From Gammaproteobacteria bacterium (lineage in GTDB: Bacteria > Pseudomonadota > Gammaproteobacteria > S012-40): a stretch of DNA of 64,000 nucleotides. The stretch's first letter is position 1. Every line of letters starts with the position of its first letter. Of this stretch, positions 9,347-20,493 are shown one piece after another. Position numbers and translations under genes: made by a program. A model generated the notes under the pieces. It saw only the letters and a list, made by a program, of their open reading frames with translations, did not search any database and was not told the DNA's origin. Location of the stretch: positions 1,571 to 65,570 of the forward strand of contig JAOUHV010000009.1 of the NCBI GenBank assembly GCA_029884425.1. The letters run 5' to 3'.

Positions 9347-11476
9347 ATGATGGAGCCAACATCAACAATTCAGCAGCGGCAACTGCAAACCAATCACTAC
9401 CAGTTGGAACAACTGTTTCGCGCCATTGGCACAACCATGGTCGCCAGCCTGCTTGCCAGTTTGTTTCTGTACGCCAGTATTCACGCGTATTTTGGCAATG
9501 CTCATGTCCATCTCTGGATGATAGCACAAGGGATTGTGACCATTATTGCACTGAGCTATCGCTCACTGTTCCGTAACAAAAATCAACAATTCACCGAAAA
9601 TCAATGGTGCGCTTCGCACATGGCCATTACCGCAACCAGTTCAGTGCTTTGGTGCCTGGCCATCAGTTGGACCTACACGAATGCCGCCGAAGTTCGCGAG
9701 CTGATTATCTTCCTCATTGCCGGATTACAAGCTGTCGCCGCCACAACACTCAGCTACAAACCCTGGCCCGTGATCGTTTTCAGCACTCCCATTTCCATTG
9801 CTATCATGATTCAGCTATATCTGCATCCAAATAGCATCGATGCCTTAGCTATCGCATATTTTGCCGCGCTGCTGCCCATCACTACCTTCATTGCAATACG
9901 TAACTACAACAACAATGTTCTTCTCTACCGCCATTTGCAAAAATCAAAAATCGACAGCGAACTATTATTGCGAAGCAAAGAGCGATTTCGGAATATTATC
10001 GATAGTGCCGGTGACATGCTGCTGGTACATGCGCCTGACGGCCGGATCATTGACGCCAATCATCGTGCCGTCAACTTATTGGGCTACCCGTCAAAAACCG
10101 AGTTGCTAAAAAAAACCATCACCGATATAGCTGGCGATGCCAGTGACATTTACCACCGTTTGCTGTGGTTGCTCAGCGATAATGAACCAGTCACTTACGA
10201 ATCACAATATACGTGTCTGGATAATAAAATACTCACCGTCGACGCCTGCGTTACCCACTACGACGATCCTCGCGAAGGCGATGTCGTTTTGGTTTTGGCT
10301 CGCGACATTACCGTCAAAAAACAAGAACGCCAGGAGTTAAATGAATCTCGACAAAAACTCGACTTACACATCCAATCAACACCACTTGCCACCATTGAAT
10401 GGGATAGCGAACAAAAAATTTCCAGTTGGAATCCTGCCGCAGAACACATCTTTGGCTATACCAGCGACGAAGTCGTCGGCACCTGCGGCATCAAGATACT
10501 GCTCGATGAAAGTAAAAACACTCCACACCTGTTTAGCGAATTAATCTCTGAAAATAACAAGCAAGTTATTATCTCGCACATCACCAAAGACAAGCGCGTC
10601 ATCTATTGCGAATGGTTTGTCACTCGACTATCGGACAATCAGGGCAACCCACTGGGCGCATCGGCCTTCGCCATGGACATCACCACACGAATCCAGGCAG
10701 AGCAAGCTTTCAAAATGGCTGTACAACGCGAGCAGCAAGCCAACAATGCCAAGTCTGAGTTTTTATCCCGCATGAGTCATGAACTGAGAACGCCACTTAA
10801 CGCCGTCATTGGCTTATCGCAACTGCTGCAATTTGACGACAACCTGACCAACCAACAGCAAGAATACATTGGCGACATTAGCAATGCAGGACAGCACCTG
10901 CTCGGTTTAATCAATGAAGTTTTAGATATTTCGCGCATAGAGCAAAACCGTTTTTTGCTCAACGAACAGCCCGAGAAGCTTCATCAACTAATAAGATCAG
11001 CCATCAACTTAACTGAAAATGTTATCAAGAATAAAAAGCTGGAATTAATTTACCAACCACAAGTCGACGACTTTTATTTCCTGGTCGACAAACAGCGCGT
11101 CGTACAAGTTTTGGTCAACCTGCTCAGCAACGCTACAAAATTCAATAACGAAGGTGGCAAAATATGGGTTTCCGAACGCCTACTCAACGATGACACCGTA
11201 GAAATCAGCGTTCGTGATAACGGCATGGGCATTCCCAACGAGATGCAAAACAAAATATTCCAACCATTCCAGCGCGCGGGGGCTGAATATTCCGGCATCG
11301 AAGGCAATGGTCTTGGATTAATGCTGAGCAAACAGCTCATCGAAAAAATGAGTGGTAGAATCGGTTTTGAAAGCACCTTAGGCAAAGGCAGCTGCTTCTG
11401 GATAAGACTCCCCACTAAAAGCAGCTCACTTCTAAACAGGCACGCACAATCGTCGCAACAAAAACCTATTTCCTGA
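9347..11476 (+). CDS. membrane-anchored PAS sensor histidine kinase
   Basis: 709 aa. About 190-aa multi-TM N-terminus, two PAS-like regions, HisKA (SEFLSRMSHELRTPLNAVIG), HATPase_c (N, D.G.G, G.GLGL boxes). No receiver domain. Confidence 0.8.
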   Translation: MMEPTSTIQQRQLQTNHYQLEQLFRAIGTTMVASLLASLFLYASIHAYFGNAHVHLWMIAQGIVTIIALSYRSLFRNKNQQFTENQWCASHMAITATSSVLWCLAISWTYTNAAEVRELIIFLIAGLQAVAATTLSYKPWPVIVFSTPISIAIMIQLYLHPNSIDALAIAYFAALLPITTFIAIRNYNNNVLLYRHLQKSKIDSELLLRSKERFRNIIDSAGDMLLVHAPDGRIIDANHRAVNLLGYPSKTELLKKTITDIAGDASDIYHRLLWLLSDNEPVTYESQYTCLDNKILTVDACVTHYDDPREGDVVLVLARDITVKKQERQELNESRQKLDLHIQSTPLATIEWDSEQKISSWNPAAEHIFGYTSDEVVGTCGIKILLDESKNTPHLFSELISENNKQVIISHITKDKRVIYCEWFVTRLSDNQGNPLGASAFAMDITTRIQAEQAFKMAVQREQQANNAKSEFLSRMSHELRTPLNAVIGLSQLLQFDDNLTNQQQEYIGDISNAGQHLLGLINEVLDISRIEQNRFLLNEQPEKLHQLIRSAINLTENVIKNKKLELIYQPQVDDFYFLVDKQRVVQVLVNLLSNATKFNNEGGKIWVSERLLNDDTVEISVRDNGMGIPNEMQNKIFQPFQRAGAEYSGIEGNGLGLMLSKQLIEKMSGRIGFESTLGKGSCFWIRLPTKSSSLLNRHAQSSQQKPIS

Positions 11477-12308
11477 ACAGCCGGAATCGCACATCTACCG
11501 TCAAACTCAGATTCTGCGATTGCAATGCCTGTTGCCGGCGATCTTCAGTAATTTTAAAAAAATGTGGCGTCATTAACAGCAGTGCATAGAGTTGCTCCTG
11601 CGACAAACTATCAATCACGTATGTCAGCTGCTGATCATCCACCAAGCAAAATCCCACCTGCGTTGCCGCATCCACCAACTTATCCTGCTTTAACTTCACT
11701 TCGGGATAAATGATCTGACGTAACTCCGCCAAATGATTTTCAGCAGGATCAACCATCAGCAAGCATCCATCCTGGCGAAGCAATCGCAAAAACTCCGCAT
11801 ACACCGGAAAACCAAAAAGACACATCACCATATCCATGGATGCCGGCTGCAGCGGCAGTTTTCGATTACTGGCGACCAACCATAACGGTGATCGATTGCG
11901 TTGACATGCTTTGATGATGGCATGTTTGGAAATATCATTGCCCACACAGACCAGATCAAAGCCTGTGTGCTTTGCAACAAAATCGAGGTAGTAACCCTCA
12001 CCACACCCTGCATCCAGCAAGCGCGACCCTGTCGACAAACACGGCACAACCATTTCGGTGATTTTTTGCGCCAGGGGTTGGTAAAAGCCCGCATCTAAAA
12101 ACGCCCGCCGGGCAGCCACCATTTCCTTACTGTCACCGGGATCCAGGCTGCGTTTTTCCTGAACCGGCAGCAAATGCACATAACCCTGCCGGGCCACATC
12201 AAAACTATGTCCCTGCGGACAACACCACTGGTTGTTTTGCAAAACAAGAGGTTGTCCATCCAGCGGACAACAAAGAAGAGAATCCATCATGCAGTCATTT
12301 ATCGGCAA
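11466..12308 (-). CDS. rlmA: 23S rRNA (guanine745-N1)-methyltransferase
   Basis: 280 aa. N-terminal Zn-finger CPLDGQPL..(12)..CPQGHSFDVARQGYVHLL as in E. coli RlmA(RrmA), followed by a SAM-methyltransferase fold (LLDAGCGEGYY). Confidence 0.75.
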   Translation of the reverse strand: MPINDCMMDSLLCCPLDGQPLVLQNNQWCCPQGHSFDVARQGYVHLLPVQEKRSLDPGDSKEMVAARRAFLDAGFYQPLAQKITEMVVPCLSTGSRLLDAGCGEGYYLDFVAKHTGFDLVCVGNDISKHAIIKACQRNRSPLWLVASNRKLPLQPASMDMVMCLFGFPVYAEFLRLLRQDGCLLMVDPAENHLAELRQIIYPEVKLKQDKLVDAATQVGFCLVDDQQLTYVIDSLSQEQLYALLLMTPHFFKITEDRRQQALQSQNLSLTVDVRFRLFRK

Positions 12309-12703
12309 GCGCGTAGCCAGTTAACAGCCTCGGCACTATCTCTAAAACAGGCAAATTGCAGGTCCAACGGTGAAATGGTACGCCGCAACTCGATGTACTG
12401 AGTGGCTCGCTCTTGTTGCATCGTGTCAGCCACCAAAAACGCCGTGGGACGGGAGCTGTCCTGTGCATCAAACACCTTGGCAGCCACTTCCGACAAACGC
12501 ATCAAATCATGAATAAGTACGCTCATCATCCTTACCTGGCGAAAATCGAGCAGCACACCAAAGCTTGGGTAGATTTTGTGAAGATTAAACGAAAGAATAA
12601 AGCTGCACGCCAAATCAAAACTCAGCTCTGCGCCCCAAGTCACCTTGATTATCTGTTCGCTGGCATCAACATCCACTTCACAATCGTTTATGTACAAATC
12701 CAT
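12299..12703 (-). CDS. hypothetical protein
   Basis: 134-aa ORF directly upstream of rlmA (10-nt overlap). No recognisable motifs. Confidence 0.4.
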   Translation of the reverse strand: MDLYINDCEVDVDASEQIIKVTWGAELSFDLACSFILSFNLHKIYPSFGVLLDFRQVRMMSVLIHDLMRLSEVAAKVFDAQDSSRPTAFLVADTMQQERATQYIELRRTISPLDLQFACFRDSAEAVNWLRACR

Positions 12704-12823
12704 GCGCTGAGCGCCTCTTTCTCCCCGAAGGGTATCAGCCTATTCCTCTTAGACAAGCATACCAACAAACGTCGCCCCCCAACGGATCAGGCGGCGCGAA
12801 GCATGGCCAAAAATCAATATCTA

Positions 12824-15800
12824 CTACAAAAGCACCTTTTCGATGCCATCTTTTTTCACTTTTGAAACAAATTGCGGCTGCCAATTATCGCCGAGCAGTT
12901 TGTTCGCCAGCTCTACAACAATGTAATCGGTTTCCATGCCGGTATCGTTCTGATAGCGCGACAGGCCCTGCACACAAGCCGGACACGAGGTCAGCAGTTT
13001 TACATTGCCTTTTTTGGCCTTGCTCTCGCCGGTCAACTGCTCAACCCCTTTGATCAGTTCTTCCTGCTTACGGAACCGAACCTGGGCGGCAATATCCGGA
13101 CGGGCAGTTGCGAAAGTACCGGCTTCACCGCAGCAGCGGTCATTCAAACTTACCTTGTTGCCCAGCAGGTTCTGCGCCACGGTAATTGAATTATGGGTTT
13201 TCATCGGCGTGTGACAGGGCTCGTGATACATGTACTGCACACCGGCAACACCGTCGAGTTTCACACCCTTTTCCATCAAGTATTCGTGAATGTCCAGCAA
13301 ACGACAGCCAGGGAATATTTTTTCAAATTCGTATTTCAGCAACTGATCCATGCAGGTACCGCAGGAAACAATTACTGTTTTGATGTCCAGATAATTCAGC
13401 GTATTGGCGACACGATGGAACAGCACGCGATTTTCCGTACTGATCTGTCGACCTTTGGCATCGTCGCCACCAGAAGATTGCGGATAACCGCAGCACAAAT
13501 AGCCCGGCGGCAATACCGTCTGCGCACCAACCTCGTACAACATCGCTAGCGTCGCCAAGCCGACCTGACTGAACAGACGCTCCGAACCGCAGCCGGGGAA
13601 ATAAAACACCGCATCACTGTCATCGGTGACCTTCGCTGGATCGCGCAGAATTGGCACCGTTTTGCTGTCTTCCACTTCCAGCAAACCGCGCATGGTTTGC
13701 GACGGAATATTTGCCGGCATCGGTTTTTTGAAGAAGTTGATAACCTGTGCTGGCAATGGCGTCTTGCCAGTGGTGCCTTCCGGACGCTTGTTTTGCTTGA
13801 GCATGCCGGTGGTTTTCAACACCGAATGCGCCAGTCGTTGCCCTTTGGCTCCCCACTCAATCATACCTTTGCGCATGATACGAACCGCGGTCGGGTCAGT
13901 CACGTTCAGGTAACTCATCGCCAGTGCCGAGCCAAGATTCTTCGACTTCTGACCGCGATTATTCAAAATATTACGCAGCCGTACCGTCACATCACCAAAA
14001 TCGATATTGACCGGACATGGCGTCACACAGCGATGACACACGGTGCAGTGATCGGCCACATCATTGGCTTCGTCAAAGTGACGCAGGGAAATACCGCGAC
14101 GCGTTTGTTCTTCGTACAAAAACGCTTCGATGATCAAGCCCGTGGCCAGAATTTTATTGCGTGGCGAATACAACAGATTGGCGCGCGGCACGTGCGTGGT
14201 ACACACCGGCTTACACTTGCCACAACGCAAACAATGACGAATATCATCATTGAGCGCGCCCAGTTCGCTTTCTTCCAGAATCAGCGCTTCTTGCTGAACT
14301 AAGCGCAGCGATGGCGTATAGGCATTGGCCAGATCCGCGCCGCGCATCAACTTGCCTTTGTTGAAATGTCCTTTCGGATCAACCTTGGCTTTGTAACTGG
14401 CGAACGCATCCAGACTTTTATCGTCCATGTACTGAATTTTGGTGATCCCAATACCATGCTCGCCGGAAATCACGCCATCAAGCGACGTTGCCAGCGCCAT
14501 GATTTCATCGACCACATGATCGGCGGTTTGCAGCATTTCGTAATCGTTGGAATGCACCGGAATATTGGTGTGCACATTGCCATCGCCCGCATGCATGTGG
14601 GTGGCCACAAACAGGCGACTGGTGCGAATCTGCTGATGAATTTCGTCAAATTTCGCCCGCACCAATTCCTGCTCTCGACCGGCAAAAATTTCCTTGAGCG
14701 GCGATTCAATACTGTTGCGATAGGACACGCGCAAATCACGACGCAACAGCAGATCAAGCAGCGTATCACCCTCGCGCATTGCCTGCTGGGTACGCTCTGA
14801 CAAATGCGGCAAATGATCTCGCGCTGGTGCATCCAGTTTTTCCAAAAACGTCTGCCAGCGATTGCGCACTTCGGTCATGCGCGCTTTGGCGGCGATTTTT
14901 TTCTGCTCCAGAATCACATCGCTTTCGGCGCTGGCCAGATATTCCTTGTTCTTGCGCAGCAGCTCCTGCCAATCCTCGTCGATGAAGCCAAACACCGCAT
15001 CGAGAATTTTAATTTTATTGCGAATAGACTGGACGATATTGATGCGCTCAATACCGCGAGAATATTCTGCCAGTCGCGACAGTGGAATCACCACGTCTTC
15101 GTTAATCTTGAACGCATTGGTGTGCGCAGCAATGGCTGCGGTACGACTGCGATCCAGCCAGAAACGACGCCGTGCCTCCGGACTGATGGCGACAAAGCCC
15201 TCACCATCGCGGCGCTGAATCATCGCCACCACGTGCGCCACAGCCTCGGCCACATCGGCTTCAACATCGCCGGAGATATCCGCAATCAACACCATCTTGG
15301 GCTGTTCGCGACGCGCTGCCTTGGTGGCGTATTTCACTGCCTTGACGTAACGCTCGTCCAAGTGTTCCAGACCGGCCAACACAACCGTGGGATGCTTTTG
15401 CAAATAATCGTTAATTTCAACTATCGCCGGTACGGCATTGCCAACGTCGTAGCCAAAAAATTCCATGCAGACGGTTTGGGTAAAATTGGGCATACGGTGC
15501 AGCACAAACACACCGGAGGTAATCAAACCGTCACAGCCTTCTTTTTGCACGCCAGGCAAACCACCGAGGAATTTGTCGGTAACATCTTTGCCCAGACCCA
15601 GTTTGCGGAATGCCTGACCCGGCATTTGCAGAATTTCCGGTTCGCCTTTACGCGTTTTGCCATCAGCCTGATAGCGGGTAATACGGAACGTCACCTGCGC
15701 CTGATCGTGAATCTTGCCCAGGTTGTGATTGATGCGCTCGACCTCCAGCCACTCGGCATCGGGCGTCACCATCCGCCAGGAAACCAGATTGTCCAGCGCC

Positions 15801-16669
15801 GTACCCCACAGCACGGCTTTTTTGCCGCCGGCATTCATCGCGATGTTGCCGCCAATGGTGGACGCATCCTGCGAAGTAGGATCGACCGCAAACACACAAC
15901 CCGCCGCTTCGGCGACCTCGGCCACGCGTCGTGTCACTACACCGGCTTCAGCACGCACCGTAGCAACGTCGCGATCCACGCCTTCCAGACGACGCGTCTC
16001 GACCTTGCCCAGACCTTCCAGCTTTTCGGTATTAACCACCGCCGATTCGGACACCAGCGGAATCGCACCGCCGGTGTAGCCGGTACCGCCGCCGCGAGGA
16101 ATCACGGTCAGCCCCAGCGCAATACACTCTTTGACCACCAGCGCCATTTCTTCTTCGCTGTCCGGCGTAATGACCACAAACGGGAATTCCACCCGCCAGT
16201 CGGTCGCGTCGGTCACATGAGATACGCGCGCCAAACCACCAAAATCGATATTGTCCTTGCGGGTGATGCGCCCCAGCCGCTTGCTGGCCTCGGCGCGCAG
16301 CACCATCTGCCGCGCAAACCAGGCTTCAAATTCAGTCACTGCCAAGCGCGCCGCACCGACCAGTTTGCGCGTCAGTTCATTTTCGTTGGCGCGCAAGTCG
16401 ATCTGGTCCAGACGATGGTGCAATGCACCGACCAGCGCCTTATTGCGGCTTTCGTTTTCCAGCAGGTCGTCCTGGATGTAAGGATTGCGCGTGATAACCC
16501 ACATATCCCCCAACACCTCGAACAGCATGCGTGCCGATCGACCGGTGCGACGGGTGCCGCGCAGCTCGTTGAGCACGCGCCACATGTCCTCGCCCAAAAA
16601 GCGAATGACGATTTCTCGGTCGGAAAATGAGGTGTAATTGTAGGGAATTTCGCGAATGCGCATGGGCAA
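12824..16669 (-). CDS. DUF3683-containing FAD-binding / (Fe-S)-binding oxidoreductase (YdiJ-like 2-hydroxyacid dehydrogenase)
   Basis: 1281 aa. N-terminal extension, an FAD-binding PCMH domain, a GlcD-like oxidase body, then C-terminal CX2CX2CX3C ferredoxin-like and CCG cysteine-rich domains (GlcF/HdrD-like). Collinear with E. coli YdiJ plus roughly 260 extra N-terminal residues. Confidence 0.8.
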   Translation of the reverse strand: MPMRIREIPYNYTSFSDREIVIRFLGEDMWRVLNELRGTRRTGRSARMLFEVLGDMWVITRNPYIQDDLLENESRNKALVGALHHRLDQIDLRANENELTRKLVGAARLAVTEFEAWFARQMVLRAEASKRLGRITRKDNIDFGGLARVSHVTDATDWRVEFPFVVITPDSEEEMALVVKECIALGLTVIPRGGGTGYTGGAIPLVSESAVVNTEKLEGLGKVETRRLEGVDRDVATVRAEAGVVTRRVAEVAEAAGCVFAVDPTSQDASTIGGNIAMNAGGKKAVLWGTALDNLVSWRMVTPDAEWLEVERINHNLGKIHDQAQVTFRITRYQADGKTRKGEPEILQMPGQAFRKLGLGKDVTDKFLGGLPGVQKEGCDGLITSGVFVLHRMPNFTQTVCMEFFGYDVGNAVPAIVEINDYLQKHPTVVLAGLEHLDERYVKAVKYATKAARREQPKMVLIADISGDVEADVAEAVAHVVAMIQRRDGEGFVAISPEARRRFWLDRSRTAAIAAHTNAFKINEDVVIPLSRLAEYSRGIERINIVQSIRNKIKILDAVFGFIDEDWQELLRKNKEYLASAESDVILEQKKIAAKARMTEVRNRWQTFLEKLDAPARDHLPHLSERTQQAMREGDTLLDLLLRRDLRVSYRNSIESPLKEIFAGREQELVRAKFDEIHQQIRTSRLFVATHMHAGDGNVHTNIPVHSNDYEMLQTADHVVDEIMALATSLDGVISGEHGIGITKIQYMDDKSLDAFASYKAKVDPKGHFNKGKLMRGADLANAYTPSLRLVQQEALILEESELGALNDDIRHCLRCGKCKPVCTTHVPRANLLYSPRNKILATGLIIEAFLYEEQTRRGISLRHFDEANDVADHCTVCHRCVTPCPVNIDFGDVTVRLRNILNNRGQKSKNLGSALAMSYLNVTDPTAVRIMRKGMIEWGAKGQRLAHSVLKTTGMLKQNKRPEGTTGKTPLPAQVINFFKKPMPANIPSQTMRGLLEVEDSKTVPILRDPAKVTDDSDAVFYFPGCGSERLFSQVGLATLAMLYEVGAQTVLPPGYLCCGYPQSSGGDDAKGRQISTENRVLFHRVANTLNYLDIKTVIVSCGTCMDQLLKYEFEKIFPGCRLLDIHEYLMEKGVKLDGVAGVQYMYHEPCHTPMKTHNSITVAQNLLGNKVSLNDRCCGEAGTFATARPDIAAQVRFRKQEELIKGVEQLTGESKAKKGNVKLLTSCPACVQGLSRYQNDTGMETDYIVVELANKLLGDNWQPQFVSKVKKDGIEKVLL

Positions 16670-16728
16670 AAATCAAACCTTGGCAGCGTAAAAAAAGGAT
16701 GCCATTGTAGCACGGAAAGCGCGCCGTT

Positions 16729-17469
16729 TCAGGCTTTTACCGGAATGCTAAACACCTGTTCTGTGTGCAGGTTTATCAGGCTCAGTGAGCCTTCCCAGGA
16801 AACGCCGGTATCGATAAAACAAACGTTACCCATCTGACTGATGCCGGGCACAATACTATGGCCGACAAACACGCGATACACCCCGGTCACCACAGCCTGT
16901 GGCGAGGTCGGTGCCAGCTCACCGCTTTTCATGCGCTTGTAGCGATCCCGCGACCAAAGCAGCTCGCGCATTTGCTCGGATTTGAGTTTGTCCTGCTCCA
17001 GCCCAACCAGCAACTCATCCCAGCTCATTCCCTGCGGCACGTCGGCATGCACCACCCCGATCCGGCCTCGTGGCGTTTCCACCTCAATGGCCAGGGGCAG
17101 CGGATCAACCAGCGCCCGCATGCGATCCAGCAGGCGAGAATCCGCGTCCAGCGCCCATTCGCCGCCGACACGCATCCACAGATCAAAACTGCCGTCTACC
17201 GAGCGAAATGGCCCGGCGGCACGCATCAACAATTCTTCGTGATTGCCCTTGACCGTGTACAGCCAGGGCTGCTGGAGATACTCAATCGCCTTTTCGCTTT
17301 CCGGGCCACGGTCGATCAAATCGCCGACGCAAATCAGCCGATCGACCCGAGAATCGAACCCGGCATGATCCAGCAAGACTTCCAGCAGACTGAAATAACC
17401 ATGGATATCGCCGACCACATAGTCGCGACCACGTTGATTGAGAGGAAGGCGGAGTACTTTTTTCGACAT
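16729..17469 (-). CDS. PPP-family metallophosphoesterase (Ser/Thr phosphatase PrpA/ApaH-like)
   Basis: 246 aa. GDIHG, GDLIDRG, GNHE signature motifs. Confidence 0.75.
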   Translation of the reverse strand: MSKKVLRLPLNQRGRDYVVGDIHGYFSLLEVLLDHAGFDSRVDRLICVGDLIDRGPESEKAIEYLQQPWLYTVKGNHEELLMRAAGPFRSVDGSFDLWMRVGGEWALDADSRLLDRMRALVDPLPLAIEVETPRGRIGVVHADVPQGMSWDELLVGLEQDKLKSEQMRELLWSRDRYKRMKSGELAPTSPQAVVTGVYRVFVGHSIVPGISQMGNVCFIDTGVSWEGSLSLINLHTEQVFSIPVKA

Positions 17470-17473
17470 GAGC

Positions 17474-17950
17474 TCACATTATAGCAAGAACAAGGGCATA
17501 GCGCGCGCCTTTGCCAATCGCGATGAACAGCAAACATGCCCAGACATTGAGCCGCAACCAGCCAGCAACCACGCACAGCGGATCACCGATGATCGGCACC
17601 CACGACAGCAGCAGCACCGGACTCCCCCAGCGGCGCACCCGCGTCAGCGCCGTCTGATATGCCGGCCGCTCCAGACGACGCCAGGGAAAACGCCGCGCCA
17701 GCCACCAGCCCACCCACCAGGAGGTCCAACCGCCCAAGGTATTAGCCGATGTTGCCACCAGCCACAGTGCCCACGTTGAGTGCAGCTCCTGGTGCTGCAG
17801 ATAGGCCAACACCAACTCTGAGCCGCCTGGCGCCAGGGTTGAGGACATGAAGGCGCTGAGAAACAATCCCCACAGCCCCCATTCGAGCAAAATCTCGTTC
17901 AAATCCACCTCAGCCACCACACACCACCATTGCGCGCCACTTCCCAACAA
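17474..17950 (-). CDS. YqaA/DedA-family small inner-membrane protein
   Basis: 158 aa, 3-4 TM helices with Trp-rich segments. Pattern resembles YqaA. The start may be an internal ATG. Confidence 0.45.
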   Translation of the reverse strand: MLGSGAQWWCVVAEVDLNEILLEWGLWGLFLSAFMSSTLAPGGSELVLAYLQHQELHSTWALWLVATSANTLGGWTSWWVGWWLARRFPWRRLERPAYQTALTRVRRWGSPVLLLSWVPIIGDPLCVVAGWLRLNVWACLLFIAIGKGARYALVLAIM

Positions 17951-18099
17951 AAATTCAGGGGGCTTTCTACCACAGGAAAGCCGCCCGCACTATCCCCTGT
18001 TGGTGGGTACGCTTCGGCCCCACCCCTCACCTGTGCTATTCTAGACAGCCGTCCCGATCCGGGACCCAACCGCGCCTTTCGCGCCATACGGAGTTTTGC

Positions 18100-18525
18100 A
18101 TGATTTGGGTCAAGGCCTTTCACGTCGCGTTCATGGTCACTTGGTTTGCCGGTCTGTTCTATCTGCCGCGCCTGTTTGTCTACCACGCCATGGAAAACAC
18201 CTCAGAGGATATGCATCAGCGTTATCTGGTGATGGAGCGCAAGCTGTTTGCCATCATGACCATGGGTGCTGTTCTCACCGCCCTACTGGGCACTTGGATG
18301 CTCGTCAGTTACGGCGCTGCACTGGCCAGCGGCTCGGGCTGGCTGCACGCCAAATTAACCCTGATATTTCTGCTGATTGGCTACCACGCATACTGCTACA
18401 AAATCATGGTTTCGTTCCGTAAAGGAACCAATCGTCGTGGCCATGTGTTTTATCGCTGGTTCAACGAATTTCCGGTGCTACTGCTGTTCGGCATAATCAT
18501 CCTGGTTGTCGTTCGCCCGTTCTAA
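18100..18525 (+). CDS. hemJ: protoporphyrinogen IX oxidase HemJ
   Basis: 141 aa. N-terminus MIWVKAFHVAFMVTWFAGLFYLPRLFVYHA matches the HemJ/UPF0093 signature (LH..AVV.WFAGLFYLPRLFVYHA). Four TM helices. Confidence 0.85.
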   Translation: MIWVKAFHVAFMVTWFAGLFYLPRLFVYHAMENTSEDMHQRYLVMERKLFAIMTMGAVLTALLGTWMLVSYGAALASGSGWLHAKLTLIFLLIGYHAYCYKIMVSFRKGTNRRGHVFYRWFNEFPVLLLFGIIILVVVRPF

Positions 18526-18541
18526 CCACAGGAAACCGCCT

Positions 18542-19093
18542 ATGGCACGTCTAGCACCCAAAATTTTGCGCGAACAGACGATTGCTCGATCGCGACTTTT
18601 TCATATTCAAACGCTGGATCTCCAATTCAGCAATGGCGTGGAAGTCCAGTTTGAACGCCTGTGCAGCAACAGCAAAGGAGCAGTTTTGGTAGTTCCCATG
18701 CTAGATGACAACACTGTGCTATTGATCCGCGAATACGCCGCCGGCGTGCAGCGCTATGAGCTGGCCCTGCCCAAGGGCCGACTGGAACAGGGCGAATCCA
18801 TCCTCGAGGCCGCCAACCGCGAGATCATGGAAGAAGTGGGCTACGGTGCTCGTCAACTCCTGCACATCAAGAGTTTCAGCATCGCCCCCAGCTACCTCAA
18901 CCACGAAACCCATATCGTGCTGGCCACCGACCTGTTTCCGCAACGCATGGACGGCGACGAGCCAGAAGACATTGATGTCGTGCCGTGGTCGCTGGAGAAC
19001 CTTCACGAGCTGCTGCAACACCCGGAATGCACCGAAGCGCGCAGCATCGCAGCCCTGTTCATGGCCCGCGACCTGATGAGGCCCCGTCCATGA
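18542..19093 (+). CDS. nudE: ADP compounds hydrolase NudE (Nudix)
   Basis: Aligns along its length with E. coli NudE (ILREQTIARSRLF.. vs ILNVETVARSRLF..; Nudix box GESILEAANREIMEEVGY). The ORF track starts it at 18506, but the ATG at 18542 has an AGGAA Shine-Dalgarno and matches the NudE N-terminus. Confidence 0.85.
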   Translation: MARLAPKILREQTIARSRLFHIQTLDLQFSNGVEVQFERLCSNSKGAVLVVPMLDDNTVLLIREYAAGVQRYELALPKGRLEQGESILEAANREIMEEVGYGARQLLHIKSFSIAPSYLNHETHIVLATDLFPQRMDGDEPEDIDVVPWSLENLHELLQHPECTEARSIAALFMARDLMRPRP

Positions 19094-19902
19094 TTCAGCA
19101 AACCTTGCTCACTGCCCTGATGCAGATCACCCGACAGGCGGGCGAGGCCATTCTGGAAGTTTATCAAGGTCCGTATGAAATTTCCCACAAGCAAGACACC
19201 ACCCCGGTCACCGACGCCGATCTAATTGCCCATCAGCTGCTGGTCAGCACCCTGCACGACCTGGCACCACAACTGCCGATTTTGTCGGAAGAATCACCAC
19301 TGATTCCGCTGTCCACCCGCCGCCAGTGGAAACGCTACTGGCTCATTGACCCACTGGATGGAACTTTGGAATTTATCCGTAAAACCGGCGAATTTTCAGT
19401 GAATGTTGCGCTGGTGGAAAAAAACCGCCCGGTCTTTGGCCTGGTTTACGCCCCGGTCAGCGGTACGTTTTACTATGCCCAAAAGGGACTGGGCGCCTAC
19501 CGGCAGAAACGCGACCAACCGGCGGAACGCATTTATGGCCGCCAGCTACAACCCAAGCAACTGGTCGTTACCACCAGCAGCCGCTCCCGCCGCGATCGTC
19601 GCACCCTGGAATTTCTGAGCCGCCTACCCGACTACCAACTGCTAACCATGGGCAGCGCGCTCAAAAGCTGCCTGATTGCCGAAGGCAAGGCTGACATTTA
19701 CCCCCGCATTGGCCCCACCTCGGAATGGGACACCGCCGCTGCGCAAATCATCGTCGAAGAAGCTGGTGGCCAGCTCACCGACATGAATTTGCAGCCGTTG
19801 CGCTACAACACCCGCGAAACGCTGCTCAATCCCGATTTCCTGGCAGTCGCCGATGCCAATTTTGACTGGCGCCAGTTCCTGGCAGAACCGGCCAGCTGCT
19901 AA
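19090..19902 (+). CDS. cysQ: 3'(2'),5'-bisphosphate nucleotidase CysQ
   Basis: Strong collinear similarity to E. coli CysQ (PVTDADL, WLIDPLDGT.EFI, GEF.VN.AL motifs of the Li-sensitive phosphatase family). The start overlaps the nudE stop (ATGA). Confidence 0.85.
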   Translation: MIQQTLLTALMQITRQAGEAILEVYQGPYEISHKQDTTPVTDADLIAHQLLVSTLHDLAPQLPILSEESPLIPLSTRRQWKRYWLIDPLDGTLEFIRKTGEFSVNVALVEKNRPVFGLVYAPVSGTFYYAQKGLGAYRQKRDQPAERIYGRQLQPKQLVVTTSSRSRRDRRTLEFLSRLPDYQLLTMGSALKSCLIAEGKADIYPRIGPTSEWDTAAAQIIVEEAGGQLTDMNLQPLRYNTRETLLNPDFLAVADANFDWRQFLAEPASC

Positions 19903-19905
19903 CGT

Positions 19906-20334
19906 CTAGCAGCCGTAGCGCATCCGCGTACCGCGAATCAGCGACATGGTGATTTCATCCGAGCTCAATTCCTTGGGGAAATACGCGCCGGAAATTTTCG
20001 CCTCGTGCACGCTACATCCTTCCATGATCGCTTTGGTAAAATCGATTCCGCGCAGATCCGCCAAACGAAAATAGCTGCCGGAAAAATCCAGGCCGGTCGC
20101 GATCATACCCTGTAAATCCATACCGCGAAAATCGCAGTTGGTAAGATCACAGGCTTTCCCCATTGACCTCAACTTATTGAAATCCTGAATCTTTCCCTCA
20201 CGCAGCAACATATACATCGGGTCTTTCTTGATCTGCGGACCGGTGGGGGCCAAACCGGATTTTTTCTCCCCTTCCAACCATTTGCTCATCAGGCTTTCTC
20301 CAAAAAGCGAGGACTCACCCTCAACTATCGGCAA
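19906..20334 (-). CDS. pentapeptide-repeat protein
   Basis: 142 aa with tandem A(D/N)LxG-type pentapeptide repeats (CDLTNCDFRGMDLQGMIATGLDFSGSYFRLADLRGIDF). Confidence 0.65.
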   Translation of the reverse strand: MPIVEGESSLFGESLMSKWLEGEKKSGLAPTGPQIKKDPMYMLLREGKIQDFNKLRSMGKACDLTNCDFRGMDLQGMIATGLDFSGSYFRLADLRGIDFTKAIMEGCSVHEAKISGAYFPKELSSDEITMSLIRGTRMRYGC

Positions 20335-20493
20335 CAGGCCGCTGTTTTTTCAACCAATCCACCTCGACAAGCGGCATACCCGCTTGATTTTCAGTGAAAT
20401 TACCGCCCAGTCCAGCCGGGGGACATCCCGGCGGTTTTCCGGTATCATTCGACCCATTCTTTACACCGAACAAGCATAGAGAGCGAAGTTGTC

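Noticed and set aside
14804-16630. 608-aa plus-strand ORF, plus several 100-200-aa ORFs between 13193 and 15218
   Set aside because: They are antisense to the 1281-aa FAD/Fe-S oxidoreductase gene. Their products are low-complexity Arg/His/Gln-rich translations with no motifs.
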